Shown piece by piece: positions 18,856-28,956 of a DNA stretch of 64,000 bases. The notes under the pieces were generated by a model, which was not told the origin of the DNA, made no database searches, and worked only from the letters and a program-made list of their open reading frames with translations. The stretch comes from Spirochaetia bacterium. Lineage in GTDB: Bacteria; Spirochaetota; Spirochaetia; UBA9216. The stretch covers positions 1,248,001 to 1,312,000 of the forward strand of contig CAXXYH010000003.1 in the NCBI GenBank assembly GCA_963677925.2. The letters are read 5' to 3'. Position numbers and translations under genes: made by a program. Numbering within the stretch: the stretch's first letter is position 1; each line of letters begins with the position of its first letter.

Positions 18856-19842
18856 TTATTCTCTTGCTATAATGGTATAGTTTATCAGATTCTCAGTCAT
18901 CAGAGTTTCTTTAGCTTCTATTGATAATCCACGTGCAATAAAGCCCTGTGATATTTCTCCTATGTCGACAAATGCAGTTTCAATACCATCATACTGACTT
19001 GTTGAAGCTATTACTTTTATAAATTCTGTCCCATAGGGAGCTTCCAGTTCAAAGTTAAAAGGATATGAACCATCCGGTATTTTGTAGATTGTTTCAGAAG
19101 ATATATAATTATTTTCAAAGTACTCATTAGGAAAAATAAGCTGATACTGACCTTCCACATCAATATGATATATTTTTACATAGCAGTTTTTATTGGCTAT
19201 TAAGTTAACAATAAGATTCTCTCCCTCGAAATATACTCCGCCATCCCCCCTGCTTGTCCAACCTTTTAGAACTAATTCATCATCATGCTTTAAAATTCCT
19301 GATATCTCTTTAATTACATTCTTTGCTTTATTATAGTTATCAGGATATAAGGCTATTTTACCTGGAATAACACCCTTAGGGATACTGATTTTAACAGTAT
19401 TTAAAGTAACAGCTGTCCTTATAGAAAGTAAATCCAGATATAACTCAATGTTTTCATCGAAAACATAATACTTCCCGGTTATAAGCGTATCTACACCCTT
19501 CAGTTCTCCAGCTGTAAGTCCAGCTTCATCATCAAACAATCCTGATAATTCAAGGGTTATCTCATCAATGATCTGCTCCATATTATTACGGTTAACGACA
19601 TTAACCGCTGATTCTTCAGTTAAAACAAGTTCAATCCGCTCAGATACATAGGAACTGAATTCAGATCCTATATTTTTATCAGATAGCACAATATTTCCAA
19701 TACCGATTGTTAAATTTTCTTCAACCGGATTGATCAATTTTATTAAAGGGGGATACAGGATTGAATCCATAGAATCTGAAAAAACCAACCCTCCAATAAA
19801 AACAAGATAAATCACTGTCAAAACTTTCTTAGCTAAGCTCAT
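18856..19842 (-). CDS. Exported protein with a CsgG/FlgO-like N-domain and a C-terminal DUF4384 domain
   Basis: Signal peptide; VVNRNNMEQIIDEITLELSGL..GELKGVDTLITG (CsgG/TolB-N-like); YFEGE..CYVKIYHID..LIFPN..PYGTEFIKVIAS (DUF4384). Confidence 0.75.
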   Translation of the reverse strand: MSLAKKVLTVIYLVFIGGLVFSDSMDSILYPPLIKLINPVEENLTIGIGNIVLSDKNIGSEFSSYVSERIELVLTEESAVNVVNRNNMEQIIDEITLELSGLFDDEAGLTAGELKGVDTLITGKYYVFDENIELYLDLLSIRTAVTLNTVKISIPKGVIPGKIALYPDNYNKAKNVIKEISGILKHDDELVLKGWTSRGDGGVYFEGENLIVNLIANKNCYVKIYHIDVEGQYQLIFPNEYFENNYISSETIYKIPDGSYPFNFELEAPYGTEFIKVIASTSQYDGIETAFVDIGEISQGFIARGLSIEAKETLMTENLINYTIIARE

Positions 19843-20000
19843 ACTTCCTTCCATAACTATTTAAAATTCCTCTAACTGATTCACTATACCATGACTGACA
19901 GGTATATCAAAAGTCTTTCTTGACGGCTCCTCGAAGATCAAATACCATATTAAAAATTAAAAAATGCTTTTTATTCTTCCAAAGAAGAATGGGGACAGTA

Positions 20001-23000
20001 ATGAAAAAACTAATAATAATTCTTGTAATCATAATATCTGCATGTAGCTGTTCAACACAGAGTGAATTTCAAAATATCGAATACAAAACAACAACTTCAC
20101 AATATTCAGTAATAAACAGACCGGAAAATCCTCCTTCAGATTTTAATCCTGTGATAGAAATTGATCCCGGCGGACATACCAGTGCTGTAAAAAGTATAAC
20201 AGCTTCAAAATCTGGTATCACTATATTTACCGCAGGGCAGGATAGAGCTATCAGACTTTTTGACAAAGAAACAGGCATGCAGCTTAGCAAATTTATATTT
20301 GAACTCAATTCAACTGGAGGGAAAGCTTTTTTAAATTCTATTTCATTATCACCTGATGAAAATTATATTGCGGCCGGAGGCACAACAGCAGGAATCAGAA
20401 TCTTTGATGTCAACTCAGGTAAAATGGTAAAAATAATTTACGGTCCAATGAGCATTATCCATGACTTGAAATACAGTCCGGACGGTAAATATATCGCGGC
20501 TGGTTTTACAGATGGTAACGGAGGCGGGATAGCTGTTTTTTCTGTTTTAGATAATTATCAGAATATTTTTGAAATTAGAACCGATGATAATTACCCTATG
20601 GATATTGAATTTTTTAATAAAAAGAATGAAGTCTTTTTAACTGCAGGATATGTAAGAAAAGGAAGAATTGATCTCATTTCAGTCACTCTTGAAAAAGTCA
20701 TAAAAACGGTCACAACAACCTCAGTAGTACGTGATATAGCAGTAAATGATAATAGCATTGCAGCAGCCTTTCAGGAAAACAGCGTGATCATTTTTTATGA
20801 TTTAAGTTTGAATAAAGTACGGGAATTAAGAAGTGAAATTAAAAATCCATATAAAATACTTTTTACGCCTGATAATAGGTATGTAGTAATTGGTGCTGGT
20901 TCCGGACTTCCCTTTAAGTGCATAAGCTATGAATTGAAAACTCTACAAAAAGTCTCTGAGTTTACCATGCATGAAGGCTCGGTATTATCAATGGCATCAC
21001 TCCCGGATAATACAATATTAAGTGGCGGTGTCGAAGGAAAAATCTTCAATTGGAATCCTGAAACAGGGACTCTGGTTATGGAATTGGGAAAACAGGAACA
21101 ACCAATCAGACGTATATGTACTGACGGTCAGAAAATCTTCTTTGCTTATAACTGGACACGAAACAATTCTGAAATTTCCGAATTTAATTTTTCCGGTTAT
21201 ATAAAACCAGAGAATTTCAATTTTGAAATGGGCGATTTCAGTATACCTCAGGGTTCTTTTCTAAACACGGAAAAGGATGGTCTGAAAATACAAGCAGTTA
21301 ATTCTGCCGAGATTGAACTAACACTTGATAACGGTGAAAAGAAGATTATTTCTCCTGGATACGGATCCCGGGGCTTGGGTATCACAAAAGACAGGTTATT
21401 TGTGATCGGCAGCTGGGAAGGCACGATATCAATCTTTGATTCTGAAGGTAATTTCAGAGCAAAACTCACAGGGCATGATGGTGTAGTATCCGGATTTACA
21501 GAATATAAAGACTACCTTGTCTCCTGCGGTGATGACAGAACTATACGATTCTGGGATCTTGGCATAATTGATGATCTCTCAGCTCTCCCTATGAGTTTTA
21601 TTATAAAAGAAGTTTTTCCCGGAGGCCCGGCAGATAAATCCGGACTTGATGCAGGGGATATAATAATTGCTGTCAATGGTAGAAAATTCAATGATACTAC
21701 TTCGTTTGTAGATTATGTCCGCAACACCAATCAATGCAGTTTTGAAATAAGAAGGGAGAATAGGAATATCACAATTGATGCAGCGAAGGAAGAAAATGAG
21801 ATGTATGCATTCTCACTTGGAACAAATGAATCATCTCTAAAACCTTCAATATCCTTTTATATATCACAGAAAGAAGGAATTGTTGCCTGGACACCTGATG
21901 GAGCATTTGATGGTTCCATGGGAGCCGGCGAAAATATTGGGTTTCATATCAACCAGGGATTGACATATGAATCGGATTGGCTGCCCTTAAGGCAACTGGC
22001 TGATATCTACTATAAACCGGGACTTGTAACGGATTTTTTTAACGGAAATCAAATAACCCCACCGCCATCGATAAAATCACTTAAACTTCCACCTATACTT
22101 ACTGTTCTGAACATTGTAAAAAAAGATGATCTTGCGTTAATCAAGTTAAGATGTGAAGATCGCGGAGGTGATGCAGTAAATATCAAACTCTATAGAAATA
22201 ACAGAATTGTTGAGACTTCAATTGAGACCACCTATTCTGAAAAAATGGTTAAAGAGTTTGAACTGACATCTGAAATGACAGATGGAAAAAATGTATTTCT
22301 TATTTCGGCTGAATCAACAGATACACTAACCTCATTCTCAAATAAAGTTGAATTTATCAACCCCACAACTAATGAGACTAAACCCGAATTATACATATTA
22401 TCTGCCGGAGTAAACACATACTCAGATATTAATTTAAATACCGAAAAACGGGGATTGACCATAAATAAAACCGCGAACAGCCAGGACTCAAATAATGAAA
22501 AAGTAACAAACTACAATTATTTCCCAAGTCTGAACTATTCAGTAAAAGATGCTGAAGATTTTACTGCTGCCTACATGGGTGGGGGGCCGAACAAGTTTTC
22601 CAACACTGCAGTAACTACGCTGATTGATGACAATGCAACAAAAGAAAATATTATTAATAATCTCAATGAACTCTCACAAAAAACGGACTCAAATGACCGT
22701 GTAGTACTGTTTTTTGCGGGACATGGTATAACAGTGGAAAAACAGTATTACTTTGTACCCTATGGAGTAAACACTCTCGAAGAGGTTAAGGAATTCGGAA
22801 TATCCGCTGAAGAAATAACAAACTGCATTGAAAAAATACAGGCTGATGAAATCTTTCTTATTCTTGACACGTGTCAAAGCGGTGCAACCAATGATGAACT
22901 CTCTAAAAGCATTTTCGGATCGTTGCTCCTGTTAGGAGAAAAGACCGGGATTTGGGTTATGGCTTCTTCTACGGAATCAGAAGCTAGCCTTGAAAGCAGT

Positions 23001-23204
23001 CAACTTGAAAATGGTCTATTTACTTACTGCTTAACTGATGTAATCAAGTCAGCCAAAGATCTTCCTTATGGAATTTATTTTCAGGAGGCGGCATTAAAAA
23101 CAAATAAACTCATCAAGGAAAAACTAAAAATTTTCAGTACAAATTCTACGCTTAATCAGACAATCATGTTTACACATGAGATGGATACAATATTTGCTCA
23201 ATGA
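20001..23204 (+). CDS. Lipoprotein with WD40 repeats, a PDZ domain and a C-terminal caspase-like (peptidase C14) domain
   Basis: Lipobox-like IISACSC; WD repeats (GHTSAVKS, GHDGVV..TIRFWD); PDZ (VFPGGPADKSGLDAGDIIIAVNG); catalytic dyad FFAGHG and LDTCQSG. Confidence 0.88.
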   Translation: MKKLIIILVIIISACSCSTQSEFQNIEYKTTTSQYSVINRPENPPSDFNPVIEIDPGGHTSAVKSITASKSGITIFTAGQDRAIRLFDKETGMQLSKFIFELNSTGGKAFLNSISLSPDENYIAAGGTTAGIRIFDVNSGKMVKIIYGPMSIIHDLKYSPDGKYIAAGFTDGNGGGIAVFSVLDNYQNIFEIRTDDNYPMDIEFFNKKNEVFLTAGYVRKGRIDLISVTLEKVIKTVTTTSVVRDIAVNDNSIAAAFQENSVIIFYDLSLNKVRELRSEIKNPYKILFTPDNRYVVIGAGSGLPFKCISYELKTLQKVSEFTMHEGSVLSMASLPDNTILSGGVEGKIFNWNPETGTLVMELGKQEQPIRRICTDGQKIFFAYNWTRNNSEISEFNFSGYIKPENFNFEMGDFSIPQGSFLNTEKDGLKIQAVNSAEIELTLDNGEKKIISPGYGSRGLGITKDRLFVIGSWEGTISIFDSEGNFRAKLTGHDGVVSGFTEYKDYLVSCGDDRTIRFWDLGIIDDLSALPMSFIIKEVFPGGPADKSGLDAGDIIIAVNGRKFNDTTSFVDYVRNTNQCSFEIRRENRNITIDAAKEENEMYAFSLGTNESSLKPSISFYISQKEGIVAWTPDGAFDGSMGAGENIGFHINQGLTYESDWLPLRQLADIYYKPGLVTDFFNGNQITPPPSIKSLKLPPILTVLNIVKKDDLALIKLRCEDRGGDAVNIKLYRNNRIVETSIETTYSEKMVKEFELTSEMTDGKNVFLISAESTDTLTSFSNKVEFINPTTNETKPELYILSAGVNTYSDINLNTEKRGLTINKTANSQDSNNEKVTNYNYFPSLNYSVKDAEDFTAAYMGGGPNKFSNTAVTTLIDDNATKENIINNLNELSQKTDSNDRVVLFFAGHGITVEKQYYFVPYGVNTLEEVKEFGISAEEITNCIEKIQADEIFLILDTCQSGATNDELSKSIFGSLLLLGEKTGIWVMASSTESEASLESSQLENGLFTYCLTDVIKSAKDLPYGIYFQEAALKTNKLIKEKLKIFSTNSTLNQTIMFTHEMDTIFAQ

Positions 23205-23338
23205 ACCTTTCATAAATAAGCACCGGCACTAAGTAGAAGTTCAGTACTCCCCATTACCTATCGCTTTTCTCCTTAAATTGAATCGGCAGAAACTTTTTCG
23301 GGGTTTTAACAGGCAAACCATCAAACAAGGAGAAAAAT

Positions 23339-24196
23339 ATGAAATCAGTAAAAGTATTAAGCATCATCAGTCTTATTCTTATCACAATAGTTGTGATAAG
23401 CGGATGCGGAGGAGCGCCGGATTCACCGGCAAAAGCAACCGGAGTAATTAACATCACAATCGGCTCTTCGGCCGGACAGGCGGCAAGAAATCTGGACCCG
23501 CTTGACTCCGCAATTGCAAGTGCAAACAGCGACCTCTTTGAGGTTCTTATTTACAACGACAGCACCCTGCTCTCCGCTATCCCGGGGGATGCTGCTGAAA
23601 CAATCAGTCTTTCTGTTAATCCCGGAACCTACACAGTAATGGTAATAGCGGGAACGGGTGCTGAATCAAACGCGCTTTATCTGGGTTCAGGGTATCAGGA
23701 TGCGGTTGAGGTAATAGAAGATACTATTACTGATGTAACAATCACCCTCATGCCGGCAGGGCATGAACTTGTTATCCCTGAAACAGTTAACTGCTCAGAC
23801 ACTTATATCGTCAGTTTCAGCGGCGATACAAACTCAGACCTGCTGGGGATATCCTGGGGAGGCACCGCTATGACAAACAGACCCTACATTGAACTTGGTA
23901 CTGATGCTACAAATATCTACCTCGCATGCAGTGAATCCGGCTCTTCACTATCCGGTTCTGTAGAGCTGACAGCACCGACCGCCGAAGGCTCACTGGAAAT
24001 AAGATTCTACGGCAGCAGAATAAGACTGACTGATGCCGCATACCTGATTGAGAGCGATCTGGTTGATTTCGGAAGCATCAACTGGATGTGGGTGGGTGAA
24101 ACCGTTGTTCCGGACAGTCTTGCAGCTGAGGCAGCAGGAACAGTTGATTTTGTCTCAACAGGTTCCGGCGTCGGAGTAACTGTAAACTGGTATTAA
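23339..24196 (+). CDS. Hypothetical lipoprotein
   Basis: Lipobox VISGC, SD AGGAG; acidic and beta-rich. Confidence 0.8.
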   Translation: MKSVKVLSIISLILITIVVISGCGGAPDSPAKATGVINITIGSSAGQAARNLDPLDSAIASANSDLFEVLIYNDSTLLSAIPGDAAETISLSVNPGTYTVMVIAGTGAESNALYLGSGYQDAVEVIEDTITDVTITLMPAGHELVIPETVNCSDTYIVSFSGDTNSDLLGISWGGTAMTNRPYIELGTDATNIYLACSESGSSLSGSVELTAPTAEGSLEIRFYGSRIRLTDAAYLIESDLVDFGSINWMWVGETVVPDSLAAEAAGTVDFVSTGSGVGVTVNWY

Positions 24197-24384
24197 ACTA
24201 AATCCTCCCGGGATAAGCCTGGCAGAGTTTATCCCGGAGTTTTTTATCCAATAATTGAATAAGAATTGAGATTTCTGTCATTACAAAAGAATAAAAAAAA
24301 CACCGTTCATCTTTTTTTAATTTCTAAAATAGATAAACTCCTGCTTATGACAAAAGAATTTAAACTTTTCCGATGCAAAAAACA

Positions 24385-24975
24385 CTAATCATCCAGCGGT
24401 TCCAGCTCTTCAATCAGCGCATCACCGTTATCAATTTCATTCATAAACCACTCTTTCATCTCACGGAAGCGGATTTCACGCAGCTGGTCATTTTTTGATG
24501 AAAGGCTGCATCCAAGCAGTTCATCAAAGTATTTTACAAGACCCGGATGCGGTCCTGCCTCGGGCCGTATCCGCCTAAGCTCGTCCACGGCCTTCTGCTC
24601 ATCATTATGGATAAGATACAGGTAGCCAAGGGCTATAGCCGCCGATCTGGAGACTCCACGCCAGCAGTGAATTACGTAGCCGCTTGCGCTGTCCTTTGTT
24701 TTATTGAAATATCTGATTGCCCTTCTTGCATCACGCTTCTGAGGTATCCGCTTTGGCCGCATAGTACCCAGATGTTCTTTTTTCAGAACATCAAAGAACT
24801 CAAGTCTGAGTATTGATTTGAAAGTCTTTTTGAATATCTCAGGTACTATAGTGTCCACACTATGCCGGAAAAATTTTCCCGGATTACCTATTGAGACAAG
24901 ATGGGTTTCAAGAGGCTCTCCCTTTTCGATCAGCTCAATAAGCTCTGTCTGTCCGTAAATCTGTATCTTCATCAT
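24385..24975 (-). CDS. Protein-tyrosine/dual-specificity phosphatase-like protein
   Basis: CX5R P-loop IHCWRGVSRS, LRLEFFD acid loop and RPEAGPH. Confidence 0.85.
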   Translation of the reverse strand: MMKIQIYGQTELIELIEKGEPLETHLVSIGNPGKFFRHSVDTIVPEIFKKTFKSILRLEFFDVLKKEHLGTMRPKRIPQKRDARRAIRYFNKTKDSASGYVIHCWRGVSRSAAIALGYLYLIHNDEQKAVDELRRIRPEAGPHPGLVKYFDELLGCSLSSKNDQLREIRFREMKEWFMNEIDNGDALIEELEPLDD

Positions 24976-25037
24976 TTATCACTATTATAGCCCTGGAGAC
25001 GATGAATTACATGCAGGTTTTTCTTTCCGCCCTAAAA

Positions 25038-25361
25038 TCAGGATTTTCTGTAAACAAGTAATGAGGCTGTGCCTGTACCCTTAGTGAATACTATTGTGAA
25101 ACTGTATACGGGTAATGTTTTCTCTGTGAAATCAAGCTCATCTATTTCTACCGCTTCATCAGCAATTGTAACCCTTGCACTCACGGGAACTGCTTCCTCT
25201 GCAGGTTTAATCACCGTTTCAGGAAAATTAGCAGCAATTTCAAGAGACATTCCCTCAACTTCAGTTCTGTAAAGATCTCCGGTTATAAGTTTATCTTCAA
25301 TAACCGAAACAGCCTCGTCATATCCTGTCAGGACGTATTCGTTTTCTTTTTCCATTCCCAT
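25038..25361 (-). CDS. Small acidic hypothetical protein
   Basis: 107-aa ORF co-oriented with the phosphatase gene; a TATAAT box lies just upstream. Confidence 0.6.
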   Translation of the reverse strand: MGMEKENEYVLTGYDEAVSVIEDKLITGDLYRTEVEGMSLEIAANFPETVIKPAEEAVPVSARVTIADEAVEIDELDFTEKTLPVYSFTIVFTKGTGTASLLVYRKS

Positions 25362-25488
25362 AAGCTTAATTATAATTATTTTTTATTCTGAATCAAAAAA
25401 TCTTGATATTTTCCATCTTAGTGTTACAATTACACATATAGATAGTGTTTATTCAACACTAATATTTAGGTAATTAAGGAAACAGCTG

Positions 25489-27417
25489 ATGATTGGAGCA
25501 GTAATAGGTTCACCCTATGAGGTTAAATCAACCAAAGATAAGAGCTTTCCCCTGATAACTATTTTTTCGAATATTACTGATGATACAGTTATGACCTGCG
25601 CCGCGGCCCTGACACTCCTGAACAGGGGACTTGATGCTGAGGCTGATGATTTTGCTGATTCGTTCCGTAAACTCGGTAATAAGTATCCCGGTGCCGGTTA
25701 TGGGGGTAATTTCAGGCGATGGCTGCAGAAACCCGATGCTCCTGCGTATAATTCATGGGGCAACGGTTCCGCTATGAGGGTCAGCCCTATCGGATGGATT
25801 GGGGAGGATGAAAAAACGGTTCTGATACTTGCCGAAGCCTCTGCAGCCTGTACTCATAACCATCCTGACGGAATAAAAGGCGCTCAGGCTTCAGCCCTGG
25901 CCGTTTTTATGGCCAGAAAAGGAAAATCAAAGGCAGAAATCAGGGGTCGTCTCACAGAACTTTTCGGATATGACCTGAATAGAAAAACAGATGACATAAG
26001 AGAAAATTATACTTTCCAGGTCAGCTGCATGGAATCAGTACCGGAAGCTATCATTGCATTTCTTGATTCAGACAGCTTTGAAGATGCCCTGCGTAATGCT
26101 GTTTCGCTTGGAGGCGATTCCGATACCCAGGCGGCAATCTGCTGCTCGATCGCCGAAGCCTTCTACGGGGAAATCCCTGAAAAAATATTAGCAATGGTTC
26201 TTCCCCGCATTCCGCATGATCTGCTCTCTATTGTTCACAGCTTCTCGCAGAGCTGTCTTCCTGAATCATCTGTAAAGGCTGTTAGAAATGAAATGAAATA
26301 CAGATCAGGAAATAACATGGATGGAATCTTTAAGCAGCCCGGCCGCTACAGCATTCTGCTTCACTCAAAAACGCAGAATAATCTACAGGACTACATGGAT
26401 TCATTAAAAGACGGAACCGCTGCTCCCGGAAGACGGCTGCAGCAACAGCTTGAAGGGTTTCAGGTCGCAAAAGAAAAATGGGAGTTTATGCTTCAGTGCC
26501 TGTTGAACAGCAAGCAGCCGCGTATTTACGCAGAAAGCGAACTCAGAGGCGACGGCAGCGACTGGAATAATGAGGAACTTAAAATACTCGGCGGTATATC
26601 TGTTGCCGTTCCCGTAAGCGTTTTTGACGATGGCAGACACTATGCACCTGAAATCCATACAGAACCCTTTGAAGCCTGTCTTATTTATACTCCGGGAGTA
26701 CTGCGAAGAAACGACACCGGCGATCCCCCCGTAGACCGGGACATTATATCTGACGGCAGTATAAATCAGGATTTATTCACCGAACTCTATGAAATAAAGC
26801 TGCTCCCGGCATTTAAATACGCCAGTGCAGTTTCCCTGAAAAAGAACAAAAAGGCCATAGTAACAGTGCCGGGAATAGGCTGCGGGCAGTTCGCCGGCCG
26901 GTATAAACACAATGCCCCCTACTATCTCAAAACCGCACTTGAAAGCATCCTTGAGAAACATTGTGAAAGTCTCAGGGGAATAGCCCTTGTATATTATCAT
27001 CCCTACAGTGAATGCTCTGATGATGAAAAAACATTCGGCAGTCTTACAATGAAGACCCGTCCGCTAAGAAAAACCTCGCGCCCGCTTTCCCAGCTATTCA
27101 GACCACAAGCCTACGCCGAGAACGGGGATGATTATTCAGGACATGAACTTTACAGCATAGTAGCCTGGGATCATGTCTCATGGCCCGGGAATGATTTTTA
27201 TACAGGAAACAGGGCAACAGACGACGGGGTGAAGGCTGCGGCAACCGATTCAATGTTCAGAATTACCGGGATACGGGGTTTTTATGATTCTGATACAAAC
27301 AGATACCTGCCCCCGAAAGGATATGAAAACTGGGAAAGCGCGGTGCTTCAGAACCGTCTGGAACTCAGGGCATCGGGGAATGTTATTCTTACCGGAGATG
27401 ATACGCTGTGGAAGTGA
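25489..27417 (+). CDS. ADP-ribosylglycohydrolase (DraG/ARH) fused to a MavL-like macrodomain
   Basis: N-half: TDDT, GNGSAMR, THNH and GGDSDT. C-half: PRIYAESE..GDGSDW, PGIGCGQFAG and AWDHVSWPGNDFY..RATDDGVKAAAT. Confidence 0.85.
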   Translation: MIGAVIGSPYEVKSTKDKSFPLITIFSNITDDTVMTCAAALTLLNRGLDAEADDFADSFRKLGNKYPGAGYGGNFRRWLQKPDAPAYNSWGNGSAMRVSPIGWIGEDEKTVLILAEASAACTHNHPDGIKGAQASALAVFMARKGKSKAEIRGRLTELFGYDLNRKTDDIRENYTFQVSCMESVPEAIIAFLDSDSFEDALRNAVSLGGDSDTQAAICCSIAEAFYGEIPEKILAMVLPRIPHDLLSIVHSFSQSCLPESSVKAVRNEMKYRSGNNMDGIFKQPGRYSILLHSKTQNNLQDYMDSLKDGTAAPGRRLQQQLEGFQVAKEKWEFMLQCLLNSKQPRIYAESELRGDGSDWNNEELKILGGISVAVPVSVFDDGRHYAPEIHTEPFEACLIYTPGVLRRNDTGDPPVDRDIISDGSINQDLFTELYEIKLLPAFKYASAVSLKKNKKAIVTVPGIGCGQFAGRYKHNAPYYLKTALESILEKHCESLRGIALVYYHPYSECSDDEKTFGSLTMKTRPLRKTSRPLSQLFRPQAYAENGDDYSGHELYSIVAWDHVSWPGNDFYTGNRATDDGVKAAATDSMFRITGIRGFYDSDTNRYLPPKGYENWESAVLQNRLELRASGNVILTGDDTLWK

Positions 27418-27424
27418 GTAAATA

Positions 27425-28147
27425 ATGAATAGTCTAAGAGTAATAGATAATGCTGCCGTCTATCGTGGGGATCTCCAGGATAATTCAGTACACAGCCATC
27501 ACGCCATGCAGATCATCATTTCGCCTGAGGGTGAAGCAGAACTTCTGATAAACAATCGTTTAATCAAATATGAATCAATTATAATAAATCATGATATTCC
27601 GCATGCCGTTAAGAATACATCAAAAAATCTTGTTATCATTTTGTTTGAACCGCTTCTCGATAGTTTATTTAAACTTTCTCTGGATGCTGACTATGAAATA
27701 CTCAATCAGAACTTACAGGCAACATTGCTGGATGTTATTTCAGGAAGAATTGATAAAAATATCATTAAACTTGTTTTCAAAGAAAAAAGCAGGATTAAAT
27801 TAGACCCGCGAATCCAATTTATAATCAATCATGTAGAGAGAGAGGAAAACTGCATTCATGATCTCACCTACTACGAAGATAAACTTAGCCTGTCAAAAAG
27901 CAGAATCTCGCACCTCTTCACCGGAGAAATCGGCATACCTCTAAAACAGTACATTTTATGGAAAAAGCTTCTCTTTGCCATTGACTCAATCCGTTCAGTC
28001 TCAGATTTAAGCCAAATTGCGATTGACTGCGGATTTTCTGATCTGTCTCATTTAAGCCGTACCTTTAAAAAGATGTTCGGCCACACAACCTCGTCAATAT
28101 TTAAAAACAGCAGTTCCGTTCAAGTCAATTTTTCAGATTCCCTGTAA
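27425..28147 (+). CDS. AraC-family transcriptional regulator
   Basis: N-terminal cupin HSHHAMQI; C-terminal LSKSRISHLF..CGFSDLSHLSRTFKKMFG. Confidence 0.9.
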   Translation: MNSLRVIDNAAVYRGDLQDNSVHSHHAMQIIISPEGEAELLINNRLIKYESIIINHDIPHAVKNTSKNLVIILFEPLLDSLFKLSLDADYEILNQNLQATLLDVISGRIDKNIIKLVFKEKSRIKLDPRIQFIINHVEREENCIHDLTYYEDKLSLSKSRISHLFTGEIGIPLKQYILWKKLLFAIDSIRSVSDLSQIAIDCGFSDLSHLSRTFKKMFGHTTSSIFKNSSSVQVNFSDSL

Positions 28148-28170
28148 TTTATATTTCATAGGAGAACATT

Positions 28171-28878
28171 ATGAAAGAATATTTACAGGAAACTGAGTTA
28201 TTAAATTTTACTAATCCATCAATAACTGAACTTTCATTAAAAATGGGGTGGAAAAATCTATCTGAGACAGAAAAAATAAGAAGTATCTATGATTATGTAC
28301 GTGATGATATAAAATTCGGCTATAACATAGATGACAAAATTCCCGCCAGTCAGGTTCTAAGCGACGGATACGGTCAATGCAATACAAAAGCGATTTTATT
28401 TATGACGTTGCTCCGGAAAGAAGGAATTCCGTGCAGATTTCACGGCTTTACTATCAATAAAGCACTGCAGAAAGGAGCGATTACCGGTATATGGTACAAG
28501 CTTAGTCCAAAGTCCATTGTTCATAGCTGGGTCGAAATTTATCACGATGGTGTTTGGTATGATATAGAAGGATTTATAATTGACATTGAATATTTGACGA
28601 CAATACAGATGCTGAATCCGGATTCTAAAAACTTCTGCGGATACGGGATCGCCACAAAAGACCTGATGAATCCTGAGGTTAAATGGAACAGAAACAATAC
28701 CTACATACAGAAAGAAGGGATCAATAATGATTTTGGAATTTACAGCGATCCTGATTCATTTTTCGGTGAACACAGTCAAAAACTTGGACACCTGAAGCGA
28801 ACTGTATACAGACATCTCACAAGACATATAATGAACAGAAATGTAAAAAGAATCAGAACTTATCAAATCAAAGAATAA
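28171..28878 (+). CDS. Transglutaminase-like protein
   Basis: Cys-His-Asp triad region GYGQCNTK, HSWVE and WYDIEG. Confidence 0.85.
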   Translation: MKEYLQETELLNFTNPSITELSLKMGWKNLSETEKIRSIYDYVRDDIKFGYNIDDKIPASQVLSDGYGQCNTKAILFMTLLRKEGIPCRFHGFTINKALQKGAITGIWYKLSPKSIVHSWVEIYHDGVWYDIEGFIIDIEYLTTIQMLNPDSKNFCGYGIATKDLMNPEVKWNRNNTYIQKEGINNDFGIYSDPDSFFGEHSQKLGHLKRTVYRHLTRHIMNRNVKRIRTYQIKE

Positions 28879-28956
28879 AGTTTACAAAAAAGGTTCATTA
28901 AATTTTTTGTTTTAATTATAGTTAATCCAGTTTCAACAAGTTTGAGGAGGTTAAAT

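Noticed and set aside
18591-28878. Possible intact integrative element or prophage at tRNA-Arg
   Set aside because: No integrase, transposase or phage genes, and the only tRNA-end repeat I found is about 170 bp from the tRNA, so no island boundary can be set.
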